Below are positions 10,430-20,178 of a DNA stretch of 64,000 bases, piece after piece. Below the pieces are notes generated by a model, which saw only the letters and a program-made list of their open reading frames with translations, did no database searches and was not told the origin of the DNA. The translations under genes were made by a program, and so were the position numbers. Each line of letters begins with the position of its first letter. Position 1 is the first letter of the stretch. Source of the stretch: an uncultured virus (IMG/VR IMGVR_UViG_3300020536_000396) (taxonomy: Duplodnaviria; Heunggongvirae; Uroviricota; Caudoviricetes); IMG/VR virus record IMGVR_UViG_3300020536_000396, positions 1 through 64,000 of that record. The stretch is one strand, 5' to 3'.

Positions 10430-10864
10430 ATGGACACTTTAGTAGAAATGATGCGTAAGGTACTTGCCGACACCTTTGCAATGTACTTGAAGGCACATAA
10501 CTATCACTGGAATGTGGAAGGCCCAAATTTTCCACAATACCACGAATTTTTTGGAAATCTTTATGAAGAGCTTCATGGTGCTATAGACCCTATCGCCGAA
10601 CAGATTCGTGCTTTGGATGCCTATGCACCAGGTTCATTTTCTCGTTACATGGAATTATCCGATATTCAAGATGAATTGAATGTTCCTATGGGAATTGAAA
10701 TGGCAAATAGATTAATGCTTGATAATGAAATTGTTTTAAATAGTTTGAATATGGCATTTAAATTGGCCGATCAATTCGATAAACAAGGTTTAGCGGACTT
10801 CTTAGCAGGTAGAATAGACGTTCATCACAAACATCGTTGGATGCTTCGTAGTATTACAAAATAA
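10430..10864 (+). CDS. dps: Dps/ferritin-like protein
   Basis: KAHNYHWNVEGPNF, HEFFGNLYEE, DPIAEQIRAL, HRWMLRS. Confidence 0.9.
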   Translation: MDTLVEMMRKVLADTFAMYLKAHNYHWNVEGPNFPQYHEFFGNLYEELHGAIDPIAEQIRALDAYAPGSFSRYMELSDIQDELNVPMGIEMANRLMLDNEIVLNSLNMAFKLADQFDKQGLADFLAGRIDVHHKHRWMLRSITK

Positions 10865-12489
10865 TGAATGATATTGGATACCTTGGTAATGCTAACATAA
10901 AAAAAGTAGGTGTAGAACTTCAATACACCGAAGAACAAGTAGCAGAAATAATTAAGTGTTCGAAAGACCCGGTCTATTTCATTAAGACTTATGTAAAGAT
11001 TGTCAACGTAGATCGTGGTCTGATACCTTTTGAAATGTGGCCTTTTCAAGAAGGCATGGTTCGTGACTTTCACGAAAATCGTTTTTGTATCTGTAAGATG
11101 CCACGCCAAGTTGGTAAAACTACTACGACAGTAGGTTATATGTTGTGGTCTGTTCTTTTTAACGATGATTATAGCATTGCTATTTTAGCAAACAAAGGTT
11201 CTCTTGCTCGTGATATTTTAGGGAGAATTCAGTATGCTTATGAATATCTTCCTCTTTGGTTGCAACAAGGTGTCATTACTTGGAACAAAGGTAATATCGA
11301 GTTAGAGAACAAATCAAAAATAGCTGCTTATGCCACATCGGCAGCTGGTGTTCGAGGTGGTTCTTATAACTTAATTTTCCTTGATGAATTTGCCTTCGTT
11401 CCAAAAAACATGGCAGATGAATTCTTCACATCGACCTATCCAGTTATTTCTTCCGGTAAAACCACAAAGGTTATTATCGTTTCGACTCCTTATGGTTTGA
11501 ACCATTTTTACAAGATGTGGGTTGATGCTTCAGAAGGCAGATCAACGTATAAACCAATTGAAGTTCATTGGTCTATGGTTCCAGGTAGAGATCAAGCCTG
11601 GAAAGAAGAAACGATTCGAAACACTTCTGAAGAACAGTTTAGACAAGAATTTGAAACCGAATTTATCGGTTCTTCAGCAACACTTATTTCTGGTGCTAAA
11701 CTTAGATCATTGGCCTTTCATACTCCAATACATTCTGAAGAAGGTTTGGACATTTACGAACAACCTAAACCGGGTAGGCTATACATTGGTACTGTAGACT
11801 GCTCAGAGGGAGTTGAACAAGATTATTCAACAATTAATATTATTGATGTGTCTGAGGTTCCTTATAGGCAAGTAGCAAAGTACAGAAACAATAAATTGCC
11901 TTTATTGTTTTTTCCTACAATAATATATTCATTATGTAAGAGATATAATGAAGCGTATGCCCTAATCGAAACAAATAATGTGGGTCAACAGGTTGTTGAT
12001 ATTCTACACTATGATCTAGAATATGAAAACATCTATAAGTTAGAACATCACCACATTAAAGGTCAAAGTATTTCCGCAGGATTCAAAAGATCGACCTCTT
12101 TTGGTATTAAAACCACAAAGTCTGTTAAAAAGATTGGTTGTGCTAACTTAAAAACTCTCGTCGAAAATGATAAGTTAATCATTTCCGATTTCGATACCAT
12201 AGCAGAATTGAACACTTTCGTTCGCCAAAGAGACAGTTATATGGCAGAAGAAGGTAATAATGACGATCTGGTTATGGGATTAGTTCTGTTTTCTTGGTTG
12301 GCCGCACAGTCCTATTTCAAAGAAGCTACGAATATTGACATACGCAAGTATATGTTGGAAGAAAATAACATGTTAGTTGAAGAAGATTTGACACCAGTTG
12401 GAATCATAGACGATGGCCGAAAAGAAGAGTATGTGCATGATGGCTCTGATATTTGGTCTGAAAAGGGTTATCTTTCCTCAAATCTGTAA
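10864..12489 (+). CDS. gp17: Terminase large subunit gp17
   Basis: MPRQVGKTT, IFLDEFAFV, VSTPYG, NNDDLVM. Confidence 0.97.
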   Translation: MNDIGYLGNANIKKVGVELQYTEEQVAEIIKCSKDPVYFIKTYVKIVNVDRGLIPFEMWPFQEGMVRDFHENRFCICKMPRQVGKTTTTVGYMLWSVLFNDDYSIAILANKGSLARDILGRIQYAYEYLPLWLQQGVITWNKGNIELENKSKIAAYATSAAGVRGGSYNLIFLDEFAFVPKNMADEFFTSTYPVISSGKTTKVIIVSTPYGLNHFYKMWVDASEGRSTYKPIEVHWSMVPGRDQAWKEETIRNTSEEQFRQEFETEFIGSSATLISGAKLRSLAFHTPIHSEEGLDIYEQPKPGRLYIGTVDCSEGVEQDYSTINIIDVSEVPYRQVAKYRNNKLPLLFFPTIIYSLCKRYNEAYALIETNNVGQQVVDILHYDLEYENIYKLEHHHIKGQSISAGFKRSTSFGIKTTKSVKKIGCANLKTLVENDKLIISDFDTIAELNTFVRQRDSYMAEEGNNDDLVMGLVLFSWLAAQSYFKEATNIDIRKYMLEENNMLVEEDLTPVGIIDDGRKEEYVHDGSDIWSEKGYLSSNL

Positions 12490-12510
12490 AAAACTAAATA
12501 GATCATTAAT

Positions 12511-12518
12511 TATAAATA
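12511..12518 (+). promoter_or_regulatory. T4-type late promoter TATAAATA upstream of gp18
   Basis: Exact gp55 consensus. Confidence 0.8.
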
Positions 12519-12548
12519 CAATTGACCCAATAACAAAAGGAGAAATCC

Positions 12549-14462
12549 ATGGCATTTCAGCTATCACCTGGGGTAAATGTATCAGAGATCGATCTGACTA
12601 CAATCGTCCCTTCAGTCGCCACTTCCATTGGCGCTTTTGCTGGTCCTTTTGCTTGGGGACCCGTTGGTGAAGTCACTACCATTTCTGATGAATCCCGTCT
12701 TGCGGATAGATTTGGTAAACCAGACAGTACAAATTATGAATACTGGTTCTCAGCAGCAAACTTTCTAGCATACTCAAACAATTTAAAAGTTGTTCGTGCG
12801 GCAAATACAACTTCCACATTAAATTCTAGTGCGAACGGCTCTGGAGTTTTAATTAAGAATGAAAGTGATTACGCCGAAAACTGGTCAACATCAAATACAA
12901 CACTAGGCCCAATGACAGCAAAGTGGGCTGGAGCTCTAGGAAATAGTTTAAGAGTTTCGGTCTGCGCTTCTTCTCAGGCTTTCTCTTCAAACTTGACAGT
13001 AACAGACTCTTTAAAGACTAATGTTGTAACTTCTGGCGCCACAGTAATTAATGTTCAAGGTAACGCCAACGCTGCAGCTAACTTACAGTCTGGCGATCTG
13101 ATCTCTGTTGACGGTGGTACAACATACATTCGTGTAGCCTCAGTTAATGCAACAGCTATCGTAACAGCCACAGCACCAGGAGCTGTAGAAGAAGGCAAAG
13201 CAATTCTTCGTAAGTGGCAATATGCTGACAACTTTGGTGTTGCACCAGCAACTTCAGACTTTGTTTCTTCAGCCGGTGGATCTGGTGACGAAATGCACAT
13301 TATCGTTATTGACGAAGATGGCAAGTTTTCGAATGGTGTAGCAAACACTGTTCTTGAAAAATTCTCTTTCGTATCAAAGGCTTTCGACGCTAAGTTTGGT
13401 GACGGTTCGACAAACTACTATGTGAATGTTCTAAATGACCGTTCACGTTATGTATGGTGGACTTCACATGTACCAGGTAATAGCAACTGGGGTAGCTTAT
13501 CGGCAGGAACAACTTTCGATGGCGCAAACGGACTAAGAAATCCTTTCTATGCTTCTATGACTGGTGGTGCTGATGGAACAATTGGCAACTCTCAGATTGT
13601 AACTGCATATGATTACTTCGCTAATCCAGACTCAATCGATATTTCACTGATCGTTTCTGGTCCAGGTAATGCTACAATCGCTACTCATCTGATTTCGAAT
13701 ATCGCTGAAGTGCGTAAAGACTGCATGGTGTTCTTATCGCCAACAAAAGCATCTGTTGTAGATAATGCTGGTTCTGAATCGGCATCTGTCACAGCTTATC
13801 GTGATACACTTACATCATCGTCATACGCTGTAATAGATTCTGGTTATAAGTATCAGTACGACAAATACAATGATGTATACCGTTGGGTTCCTCTGAACGG
13901 TGACATTGCGGGAACATGTGCTCGTACAGATTTAGAACGTGATCCATGGTTCTCACCTGGTGGTTTCAATCGTGGTCAAATCAAGAATGTAATTAAACTT
14001 TCTTGGAATCCAACAAAAGCGGAACGTGATGATCTGTATGTAAAAGGAATTAACCCTGTATCTACATTCCAGGGAGAAGGTACTGTTCTGTTTGGTGACA
14101 AGACTATGTTAAGTCGCCCATCAGTATTTGACCGTATTAATGTTCGCCGCCTGTTTATTGTTCTTGAAAAGGCAATTGCTCGTGCAGCTCGTTCTTCACT
14201 GTTCGAATTCAACGACCAATTCACAAGAGCACAGTTTGTTAACCTAGTTGAGCCTTATCTGCGTGATGTTCAAGGTCGTCGTGGTATTACAGACTTCCGT
14301 GTTGTCTGCGATGAAAGCAATAACACAGGTGAAGTTATTGATCGCAACGAGTTTGTTGGTGACATCTACATCAAACCTGCTCGCTCAATTAACTTCATCC
14401 AACTTAACTTCGTTGCAGTACGCACAGGCGTAAGCTTTGAAGAAGTTGTTGGAAGATTCTAA
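12549..14462 (+). CDS. gp18: Tail sheath protein gp18
   Basis: LSPGVNVSEIDLT, PWFSPGGFNRG, FDRINVRRLF, KPARSINFI. Confidence 0.97.
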   Translation: MAFQLSPGVNVSEIDLTTIVPSVATSIGAFAGPFAWGPVGEVTTISDESRLADRFGKPDSTNYEYWFSAANFLAYSNNLKVVRAANTTSTLNSSANGSGVLIKNESDYAENWSTSNTTLGPMTAKWAGALGNSLRVSVCASSQAFSSNLTVTDSLKTNVVTSGATVINVQGNANAAANLQSGDLISVDGGTTYIRVASVNATAIVTATAPGAVEEGKAILRKWQYADNFGVAPATSDFVSSAGGSGDEMHIIVIDEDGKFSNGVANTVLEKFSFVSKAFDAKFGDGSTNYYVNVLNDRSRYVWWTSHVPGNSNWGSLSAGTTFDGANGLRNPFYASMTGGADGTIGNSQIVTAYDYFANPDSIDISLIVSGPGNATIATHLISNIAEVRKDCMVFLSPTKASVVDNAGSESASVTAYRDTLTSSSYAVIDSGYKYQYDKYNDVYRWVPLNGDIAGTCARTDLERDPWFSPGGFNRGQIKNVIKLSWNPTKAERDDLYVKGINPVSTFQGEGTVLFGDKTMLSRPSVFDRINVRRLFIVLEKAIARAARSSLFEFNDQFTRAQFVNLVEPYLRDVQGRRGITDFRVVCDESNNTGEVIDRNEFVGDIYIKPARSINFIQLNFVAVRTGVSFEEVVGRF

Positions 14463-14488
14463 TAAATAGAGAAACAGGAGATAATTAA

Positions 14489-15034
14489 ATGGCTTTTAAC
14501 GTAAACGAATTCCGTTCCCAGATGACTGGGGACGGTGCCCGTCCTAATCTATTTGAAGTTTCGTTGCCGTTTCCTGCGTTCTCAGCACCAGGAACCGCTC
14601 AAACAAAAACAACTTTCATGTGTAAAACAGCTCAACTTCCAGGATCAACCCTGGGAGTTGTACCTGTTCAATATTTTGGTAGAGAGTTAAAGTTTGTTGG
14701 TAACAGAACTTTCGCCGATTGGACTATCACAATTATTAACGATGAAGATTTTGTCATTCGTAATGCTTTCGAAAGATGGATGAACGGCATTAACAGTCAC
14801 AATCTGAATGTTCGAAATCCAGCCGCTCTTCTCCCAAGTGGTTATTCCGTTGACGGAGAAGTTACACAATACGGCAAGCAAGGAAATGCAATCAAGAAAT
14901 ATAAATTTGTTGGTTTATTTCCTTCTGATATTACCCCTATTGATGTTGATTGGGGTTCAAACGACACAATCGAAGAGTTTTCTGTAACGCTTACCTATCA
15001 GTGGTGGGAATCCGTTTCAGACGGTGTAGTGTAA
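14489..15034 (+). CDS. gp19: Tail tube protein gp19
   Basis: GARPNLFEV, RTFADWTITIIND, IEEFSVT. Confidence 0.95.
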   Translation: MAFNVNEFRSQMTGDGARPNLFEVSLPFPAFSAPGTAQTKTTFMCKTAQLPGSTLGVVPVQYFGRELKFVGNRTFADWTITIINDEDFVIRNAFERWMNGINSHNLNVRNPAALLPSGYSVDGEVTQYGKQGNAIKKYKFVGLFPSDITPIDVDWGSNDTIEEFSVTLTYQWWESVSDGVV

Positions 15035-15037
15035 TAG

Positions 15038-15066
15038 GGAAAGGCTTCGGCCTTTCCTTAATTTTT
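15038..15066 (+). terminator. Intrinsic terminator with UUCG tetraloop after gp19
   Basis: GGAAAGGC-TTCG-GCCTTTCC then T-rich tail. Confidence 0.8.
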
Positions 15067-15080
15067 AGGATGAATACTTA

Positions 15081-16739
15081 ATGGCTCTAAAACTATTCGG
15101 GTTTACACTCGGCAGTAAAGACATTGCTAAGGAACAACCACCTGAGCAACCATCTTTCACACTTCCAACTAACGCTATGGATGATGGTGCTGTCACCATC
15201 ACCCAAAACGCTTACTATGGAACCTATGTTGATTTAGAAGGTTCCGTCAGAAATGAATTAGAACTCATCACACGATATCGTGAAATGGCTAACCATCCAG
15301 AATTGGAAATGGCCATTGATGATATTGTAAATGAGGCAATTACACATGACGTTTCTGGTAGGACAGTTGACATTATCTTAGATAAACTAAAACAACCAGA
15401 TTCTATTAAGAAAAAAATTCTTGAAGAGTTTGAAAATGTTTTAAAACTTTTAAACTTTAGCAATCTATCGGATGACCTATTTAAAAGATGGTATATTGAT
15501 GGTAGAATTTACTATCAAGTAGTTGTTGATGAAAGTAACCCTAAATCTGGTATTCAAGAATTAAGGTACATTGATCCACGTAAAATTCGCAAAATCCGTG
15601 AAATTAAGAAGGATAAAGATCCAAGAACTGGCGCCATGGTTATTCAGTCTATTGCTGAATACTATGTGTACAATGATCGTGGTACAACCACTCAGATGTA
15701 CAGCGCTCAAGTATCACAAGGTATAAGAATTGCGCCAGAGTCAATTGTATATGTAACATCTGGTTTAATGGATGCTAGAAATACTTTTGTTATTTCTTAT
15801 CTACACAAAGCAATTAAGCCACTCAATCAATTAAGAATGATCGAAGATGCGGTTGTTATTTACCGTATCTCAAGAGCACCAGAACGCCGTATTTTCTACA
15901 TCGACGTAGGTAATTTACCAAAAGGTAAAGCAGAACAATATCTACGTGATATTATGATTAAGTATCGTAACAAAATGGTTTACGATGCATCAACAGGTGA
16001 ACTAAGAGATGATCGTAAGCACATGTCGATGCTTGAAGATTTCTGGTTACCACGCCGTGAAGGTGGTAAAGGCACAGAAATCACCACACTTCCAGCAGGA
16101 CAAAACCTTGGCGAAATGGAAGATGTAAAGTATTTTAGAACCAAACTTCTACAGTCACTCAATGTTCCAATTTCAAGACTAGAACCACAACAAGGTGGTA
16201 TGATTGGTCTTGGTAGAACAACTGAAGTTACTAGAGATGAAGTTAAGTTTACTAAGTTTATTATTCGTCTGCGTAATAAGTTTTCCCAAATTTTCGATCA
16301 AGCTTTAAAAACCCAACTTGTATTAAAAGGTATTTGTACCTCTGATGAGTGGGAAGAATTTAAAGAATCGATCTATTACGATTATAAGAAAGATAATAAC
16401 TTTACTGAAATGCGGGATGCAGAATTGCTTACCGCTAGAGTTCAAACTCTACAAACAGTTGATCCTTATATTGGCAGATACTATTCTGCGGCTTGGGTCC
16501 GTAAAAACATTCTTCAAATGTCCGATGATGTTATACAACAAATGGACAAAGAAATTGCTGAAGAAGAGAAAAAAGGAACTGGTGGGCCAACAATGCAACC
16601 TCCTGGTTCTGAACCGCCAGCTAATCCAGAAGAGTATGCACCAGAGGATAATACGATTGACGACAATTCTACCGAAACAAAAACGCCTATGTTAGATGCC
16701 GAGGTAGAAAGATATTCATCATTGATAAATAGGAGATAA
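15081..16739 (+). CDS. gp20: Portal protein gp20
   Basis: YRISRAPERRIFYIDVGNLP, EDFWLPRREGGKGTEI. Confidence 0.97.
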   Translation: MALKLFGFTLGSKDIAKEQPPEQPSFTLPTNAMDDGAVTITQNAYYGTYVDLEGSVRNELELITRYREMANHPELEMAIDDIVNEAITHDVSGRTVDIILDKLKQPDSIKKKILEEFENVLKLLNFSNLSDDLFKRWYIDGRIYYQVVVDESNPKSGIQELRYIDPRKIRKIREIKKDKDPRTGAMVIQSIAEYYVYNDRGTTTQMYSAQVSQGIRIAPESIVYVTSGLMDARNTFVISYLHKAIKPLNQLRMIEDAVVIYRISRAPERRIFYIDVGNLPKGKAEQYLRDIMIKYRNKMVYDASTGELRDDRKHMSMLEDFWLPRREGGKGTEITTLPAGQNLGEMEDVKYFRTKLLQSLNVPISRLEPQQGGMIGLGRTTEVTRDEVKFTKFIIRLRNKFSQIFDQALKTQLVLKGICTSDEWEEFKESIYYDYKKDNNFTEMRDAELLTARVQTLQTVDPYIGRYYSAAWVRKNILQMSDDVIQQMDKEIAEEEKKGTGGPTMQPPGSEPPANPEEYAPEDNTIDDNSTETKTPMLDAEVERYSSLINRR

Positions 16740-16747
16740 TAAAAATC

Positions 16748-16954
16748 ATGGACACAAGAGCATTTATTGATAGTTTAGCTTCTGGCAATGCCGCAGAAGC
16801 AAAAGAAACATTGAGCAACTTAATTTCGGCAAAAGCATTTGATGCTTTAGAAGCTAAAAAGGTTGAAATTGCTCAAAATCTTTTTAGAGACCAAGAACAA
16901 GATCAAGAAGATACAGAAGAAGTACAGGGTGAAGAACAGACCGAAGAACAATGA
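16748..16954 (+). CDS. gp67: Prohead core protein gp67-like
   Basis: Small, acidic-tailed protein directly after portal. Confidence 0.6.
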   Translation: MDTRAFIDSLASGNAAEAKETLSNLISAKAFDALEAKKVEIAQNLFRDQEQDQEDTEEVQGEEQTEEQ

Positions 16955-17628
16955 AATCTTTACTAGAATTTAAAACTATTGTAGAAGAAGAAAAATCAGA
17001 CTACTCAAAGTTTGATATTCTAGTACGAGCTGGTTTGGCAAACAAAGCCCAGTTACAAAGAATACATAGAATCTTGGACAAAATGCAAGAGGAACGTCCT
17101 CAGTTTAATAATGCTGATCGAATGATTCTTCAAAATCTGTTTAATAAAATGGTAGATTTAATTACCTCGAATAAGCAGATTTTTCAAAAAACAAGACAAG
17201 CGGTTAGAGAAGATGTAGAACTCAATGAGGCTCCAATTGATGGAGATCCTCCTCCAGTTCTTATGTTGAAAAGAAAATCTATTCGTTTGTATCCAGATAA
17301 TACAAGAGTAGCTTTGTATTACAATGATAAATTAGATAAATATTTTTCGGTTCCTTATGGACCTAAAGTAGATTCTGCTATACAAGCAGAACAAGTGCAG
17401 GAGTCTGTAATGGATTCTTTGCACGGTATTGTGAACAATAAACAGGCAAATACAGTTAAGTTTGCTGACGGTAAAACGGCTAAAGTCGATCACTTTACAG
17501 CTTCAGCTATTGTTCAGGTACACAAAGCTCTAAATGACGAAAACAAAAAGAAGTTCGCTGACATGGTTCATAAGTCAAAGGACCATTTTGCCAGAGCTTC
17601 TGATTTTGCTTTTAGGCACACCAAATGA
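16951..17628 (+). CDS. Putative prohead/internal head protein
   Basis: Between gp67 and gp21; several (L/V)xE gp21-type cleavage-like sites. Confidence 0.5.
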   Translation: MKSLLEFKTIVEEEKSDYSKFDILVRAGLANKAQLQRIHRILDKMQEERPQFNNADRMILQNLFNKMVDLITSNKQIFQKTRQAVREDVELNEAPIDGDPPPVLMLKRKSIRLYPDNTRVALYYNDKLDKYFSVPYGPKVDSAIQAEQVQESVMDSLHGIVNNKQANTVKFADGKTAKVDHFTASAIVQVHKALNDENKKKFADMVHKSKDHFARASDFAFRHTK

Positions 17629-18056
17629 GTTTGGTAGATTTAATTATACAGAATAAACTTGATGAAGCAAAAGAAAAATTTTTTGCTTTATTAGAACAAA
17701 AGATTTCAAAACGCTTAGAAGAAGCTAAGCGTTACGTTGCAGCAGAAATTACTGGCGAAGTTAATGAAGCTCGTAATACAAACATTATTAAAATGGGCCG
17801 AGTTCAAAAGATTCGACGCCGTATTCGCCGCAACAAAAAAGGTAGAATTGTAGTTCAAAAGAATGTCAAGCGTTCTGGCGTTAAAGGTTATAGAATATCG
17901 GGTAATACGATCAAACGAATACCTGCTTCTGTAAGAATACACAAAGCTAGAATGTTAAAGCGTTCTTGGAAAACAACTAGAAGAGCTAAACTTCGCCGAT
18001 CATTACTGAAAAGAAAAATGTCAATGCGTAGGCGTTCATCAATGGGACTAAGATAA
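17625..18056 (+). CDS. Highly basic prohead core protein (gp68-like)
   Basis: Arg/Lys-rich C-terminus ending RRRSSMGLR; position. Confidence 0.55.
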   Translation: MSLVDLIIQNKLDEAKEKFFALLEQKISKRLEEAKRYVAAEITGEVNEARNTNIIKMGRVQKIRRRIRRNKKGRIVVQKNVKRSGVKGYRISGNTIKRIPASVRIHKARMLKRSWKTTRRAKLRRSLLKRKMSMRRRSSMGLR

Positions 18057-18057
18057 C

Positions 18058-18423
18058 ATGCCACATGAAATTGTAAATACGATAAGAGCTAAATCTTTAG
18101 TTAGAATTGTTGGTAACTCAGCAACACTAATTACTCTAAGCGATTTAGCCAAAGATTCGAGAGAAAATGTACAACAGGCCATGATCGCTCAAGCATCTGG
18201 AGTAACTGATGGTGTCTGGAGAATTTATCGAGGCAATAATGCCAGTGGTGAAAAACTCCTAGAACTGCCATCCTTTTCACATTTTGTTTTCTACGAATTC
18301 GATGCATCGTTGGCCAACAGCTCTACCTCAAATGTATACATAACTAATTCTGGAACAGTAGGCACTTTAATACTTCAACTAGCAAAAGTAGCCAAGTACG
18401 ATCCTCCTTTAGAAGGAATGTAA
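18058..18423 (+). CDS. Hypothetical head-region protein
   Basis: ORF track; position before gp21. Confidence 0.6.
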   Translation: MPHEIVNTIRAKSLVRIVGNSATLITLSDLAKDSRENVQQAMIAQASGVTDGVWRIYRGNNASGEKLLELPSFSHFVFYEFDASLANSSTSNVYITNSGTVGTLILQLAKVAKYDPPLEGM

Positions 18424-18424
18424 A

Positions 18425-19075
18425 ATGAAGTTAATCACAGAAACCGTAGAGAATGTAAAGTACATTACCGAAGCTTCAGAAAACGGTAAAAAGAACCTTT
18501 ATATTGAAGGAACTTTTTTGGTTGGCGATACAGTCAATCGCAACAACCGCATGTACAGAATGGATACTTTACGTAATGAAGTCAACCGTTATAATGAAGA
18601 ATTTATCAAGACTAATAGAGCACTAGGTGAACTTGGACATCCAGATACACCATCTATTAACTTAGAAAGAGTTTCTCATAAGATTGTATCTTTATCGGAA
18701 GATGGCAATACTTTTTACGGCAAGGCTCTCGTTTTAGATACTCCTTATGGACAGATTGTTAAAAACATGATCGATAATGGAGTTAATCTTGGTGTTTCAT
18801 CTAGAGCTTTAGGTTCTGTTATGCAGACAAAAGAAGGTTATAACTTAGTTCAAGACGACCTCAGACTTGCTACAGCGGCAGACATTGTTGCTGATCCTTC
18901 GGCTCCTGGCGCCTTTGTAAACGGCATCATGGAAAATAAAGAATGGTTGTTTGTCGAAGGTCGTTTTGTTGAGGCAGACTTTGACAGAACTAAGAGACAA
19001 ATAAAGATGGCTTCCAAAAAACAAATAGAGGAAGTAGCTTTAAAATTATTCGAAAACTACCTGCGAAAAATTTAA
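18425..19075 (+). CDS. gp21: Prohead protease gp21
   Basis: NRNNRMY, ALGELGHP, GVSSRALGS, DIVADPSAPGA. Confidence 0.96.
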   Translation: MKLITETVENVKYITEASENGKKNLYIEGTFLVGDTVNRNNRMYRMDTLRNEVNRYNEEFIKTNRALGELGHPDTPSINLERVSHKIVSLSEDGNTFYGKALVLDTPYGQIVKNMIDNGVNLGVSSRALGSVMQTKEGYNLVQDDLRLATAADIVADPSAPGAFVNGIMENKEWLFVEGRFVEADFDRTKRQIKMASKKQIEEVALKLFENYLRKI

Positions 19076-19079
19076 AATT

Positions 19080-19087
19080 TATAAATA
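19080..19087 (+). promoter_or_regulatory. T4-type late promoter TATAAATA upstream of gp22
   Basis: Exact consensus, followed by AGGAG RBS. Confidence 0.8.
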
Positions 19088-19110
19088 AGAAAATCATAAG
19101 GAGATTCCTA

Positions 19111-20160
19111 ATGGCACAAAGCAAACTAATGGAAGCCGCAGCAGAAATCCTTGCAAATAGCAAGAAATCCGCTACTGGCATGCCACCACAAAAATTACCT
19201 GGCGCTGACGCTGTAGACTTGGGTGGGCCAACACCTCAAGACTCTAAGCCTATGGACGATTCTAACAAAATCGATGCCACAAAGGCGGCTAAAAGCGCTA
19301 CTGCACCTACAACTAAACCATCTGCGGCTTCGCCTGATACCCAACTTCATATGAAGTCGGTAAAAGAAGAAGAAGAAGTTTCAGAAAATGAAGAAGTTCT
19401 CGACGAAACTTCGCATATGGATAAAATGAAGAAAAAAATGAAAGAAGATATCGACTCTTTATTTGCAGACGACGATACAATTTCGGAAGATTTCAAAGTC
19501 AAAGCGGCAACAATTTTTGAAGCTCGTGTACTTGACCGTGTAAATCAAATTCAAGAAGAAATTGAATCGAATTATGCTAAGATGCTCGAAGAAGCAGTTG
19601 AGTCAATCAAAGCTGACCTAACAGAAAAGATTGATGACTACATGAACTATGTCGTTGAACAGTGGATGGCAGAAAATGAAATCGCTATCGAATCTGGTCT
19701 ACGTGCAGAACTTGCCGAAGATTTCATTAATGCTCTGAAGAATGTATTCGTTGAGCATTACATTGATGTTCCTTCGGATAAGGTTGATGTAGTTGATGAG
19801 CTTGCAACACAAGTTGAAGAACTGCAAAGCAAGCTTGACGAAGAAATTGAAAACAACATTAAGTTGAACAAAGCTTTAGTAGAAGCAGTTAAGAATGAAA
19901 TTGCAAATGAAGTTTGCGAAGGTCTAACAGCTACACAATCTGAAAAAGTAAAATCGCTTGCAGAGAGCGTAGAATTTTCCACAGAGGAAGAGTACAGAGG
20001 AAAGCTGGAAACCATTCGTGAGAATTACTTCCCTTCTGGCACAAAGAAAGCCGAAGAAAAAGATTTACATGAGCAAGTAGAAGATGGTTCAGAAAAACAA
20101 ATTTCTGCCGACCCATACGTTGCCTCTGTAATGAAAGCAATTTCCAAAACAAAAATTTAA
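19111..20160 (+). CDS. gp22: Prohead scaffold protein gp22
   Basis: Acidic coiled coil; KAATIFEA, YVVEQWMAENEIAIESGLR. Confidence 0.93.
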   Translation: MAQSKLMEAAAEILANSKKSATGMPPQKLPGADAVDLGGPTPQDSKPMDDSNKIDATKAAKSATAPTTKPSAASPDTQLHMKSVKEEEEVSENEEVLDETSHMDKMKKKMKEDIDSLFADDDTISEDFKVKAATIFEARVLDRVNQIQEEIESNYAKMLEEAVESIKADLTEKIDDYMNYVVEQWMAENEIAIESGLRAELAEDFINALKNVFVEHYIDVPSDKVDVVDELATQVEELQSKLDEEIENNIKLNKALVEAVKNEIANEVCEGLTATQSEKVKSLAESVEFSTEEEYRGKLETIRENYFPSGTKKAEEKDLHEQVEDGSEKQISADPYVASVMKAISKTKI

Positions 20161-20178
20161 ATAAAAAAAGGAGTAAAT

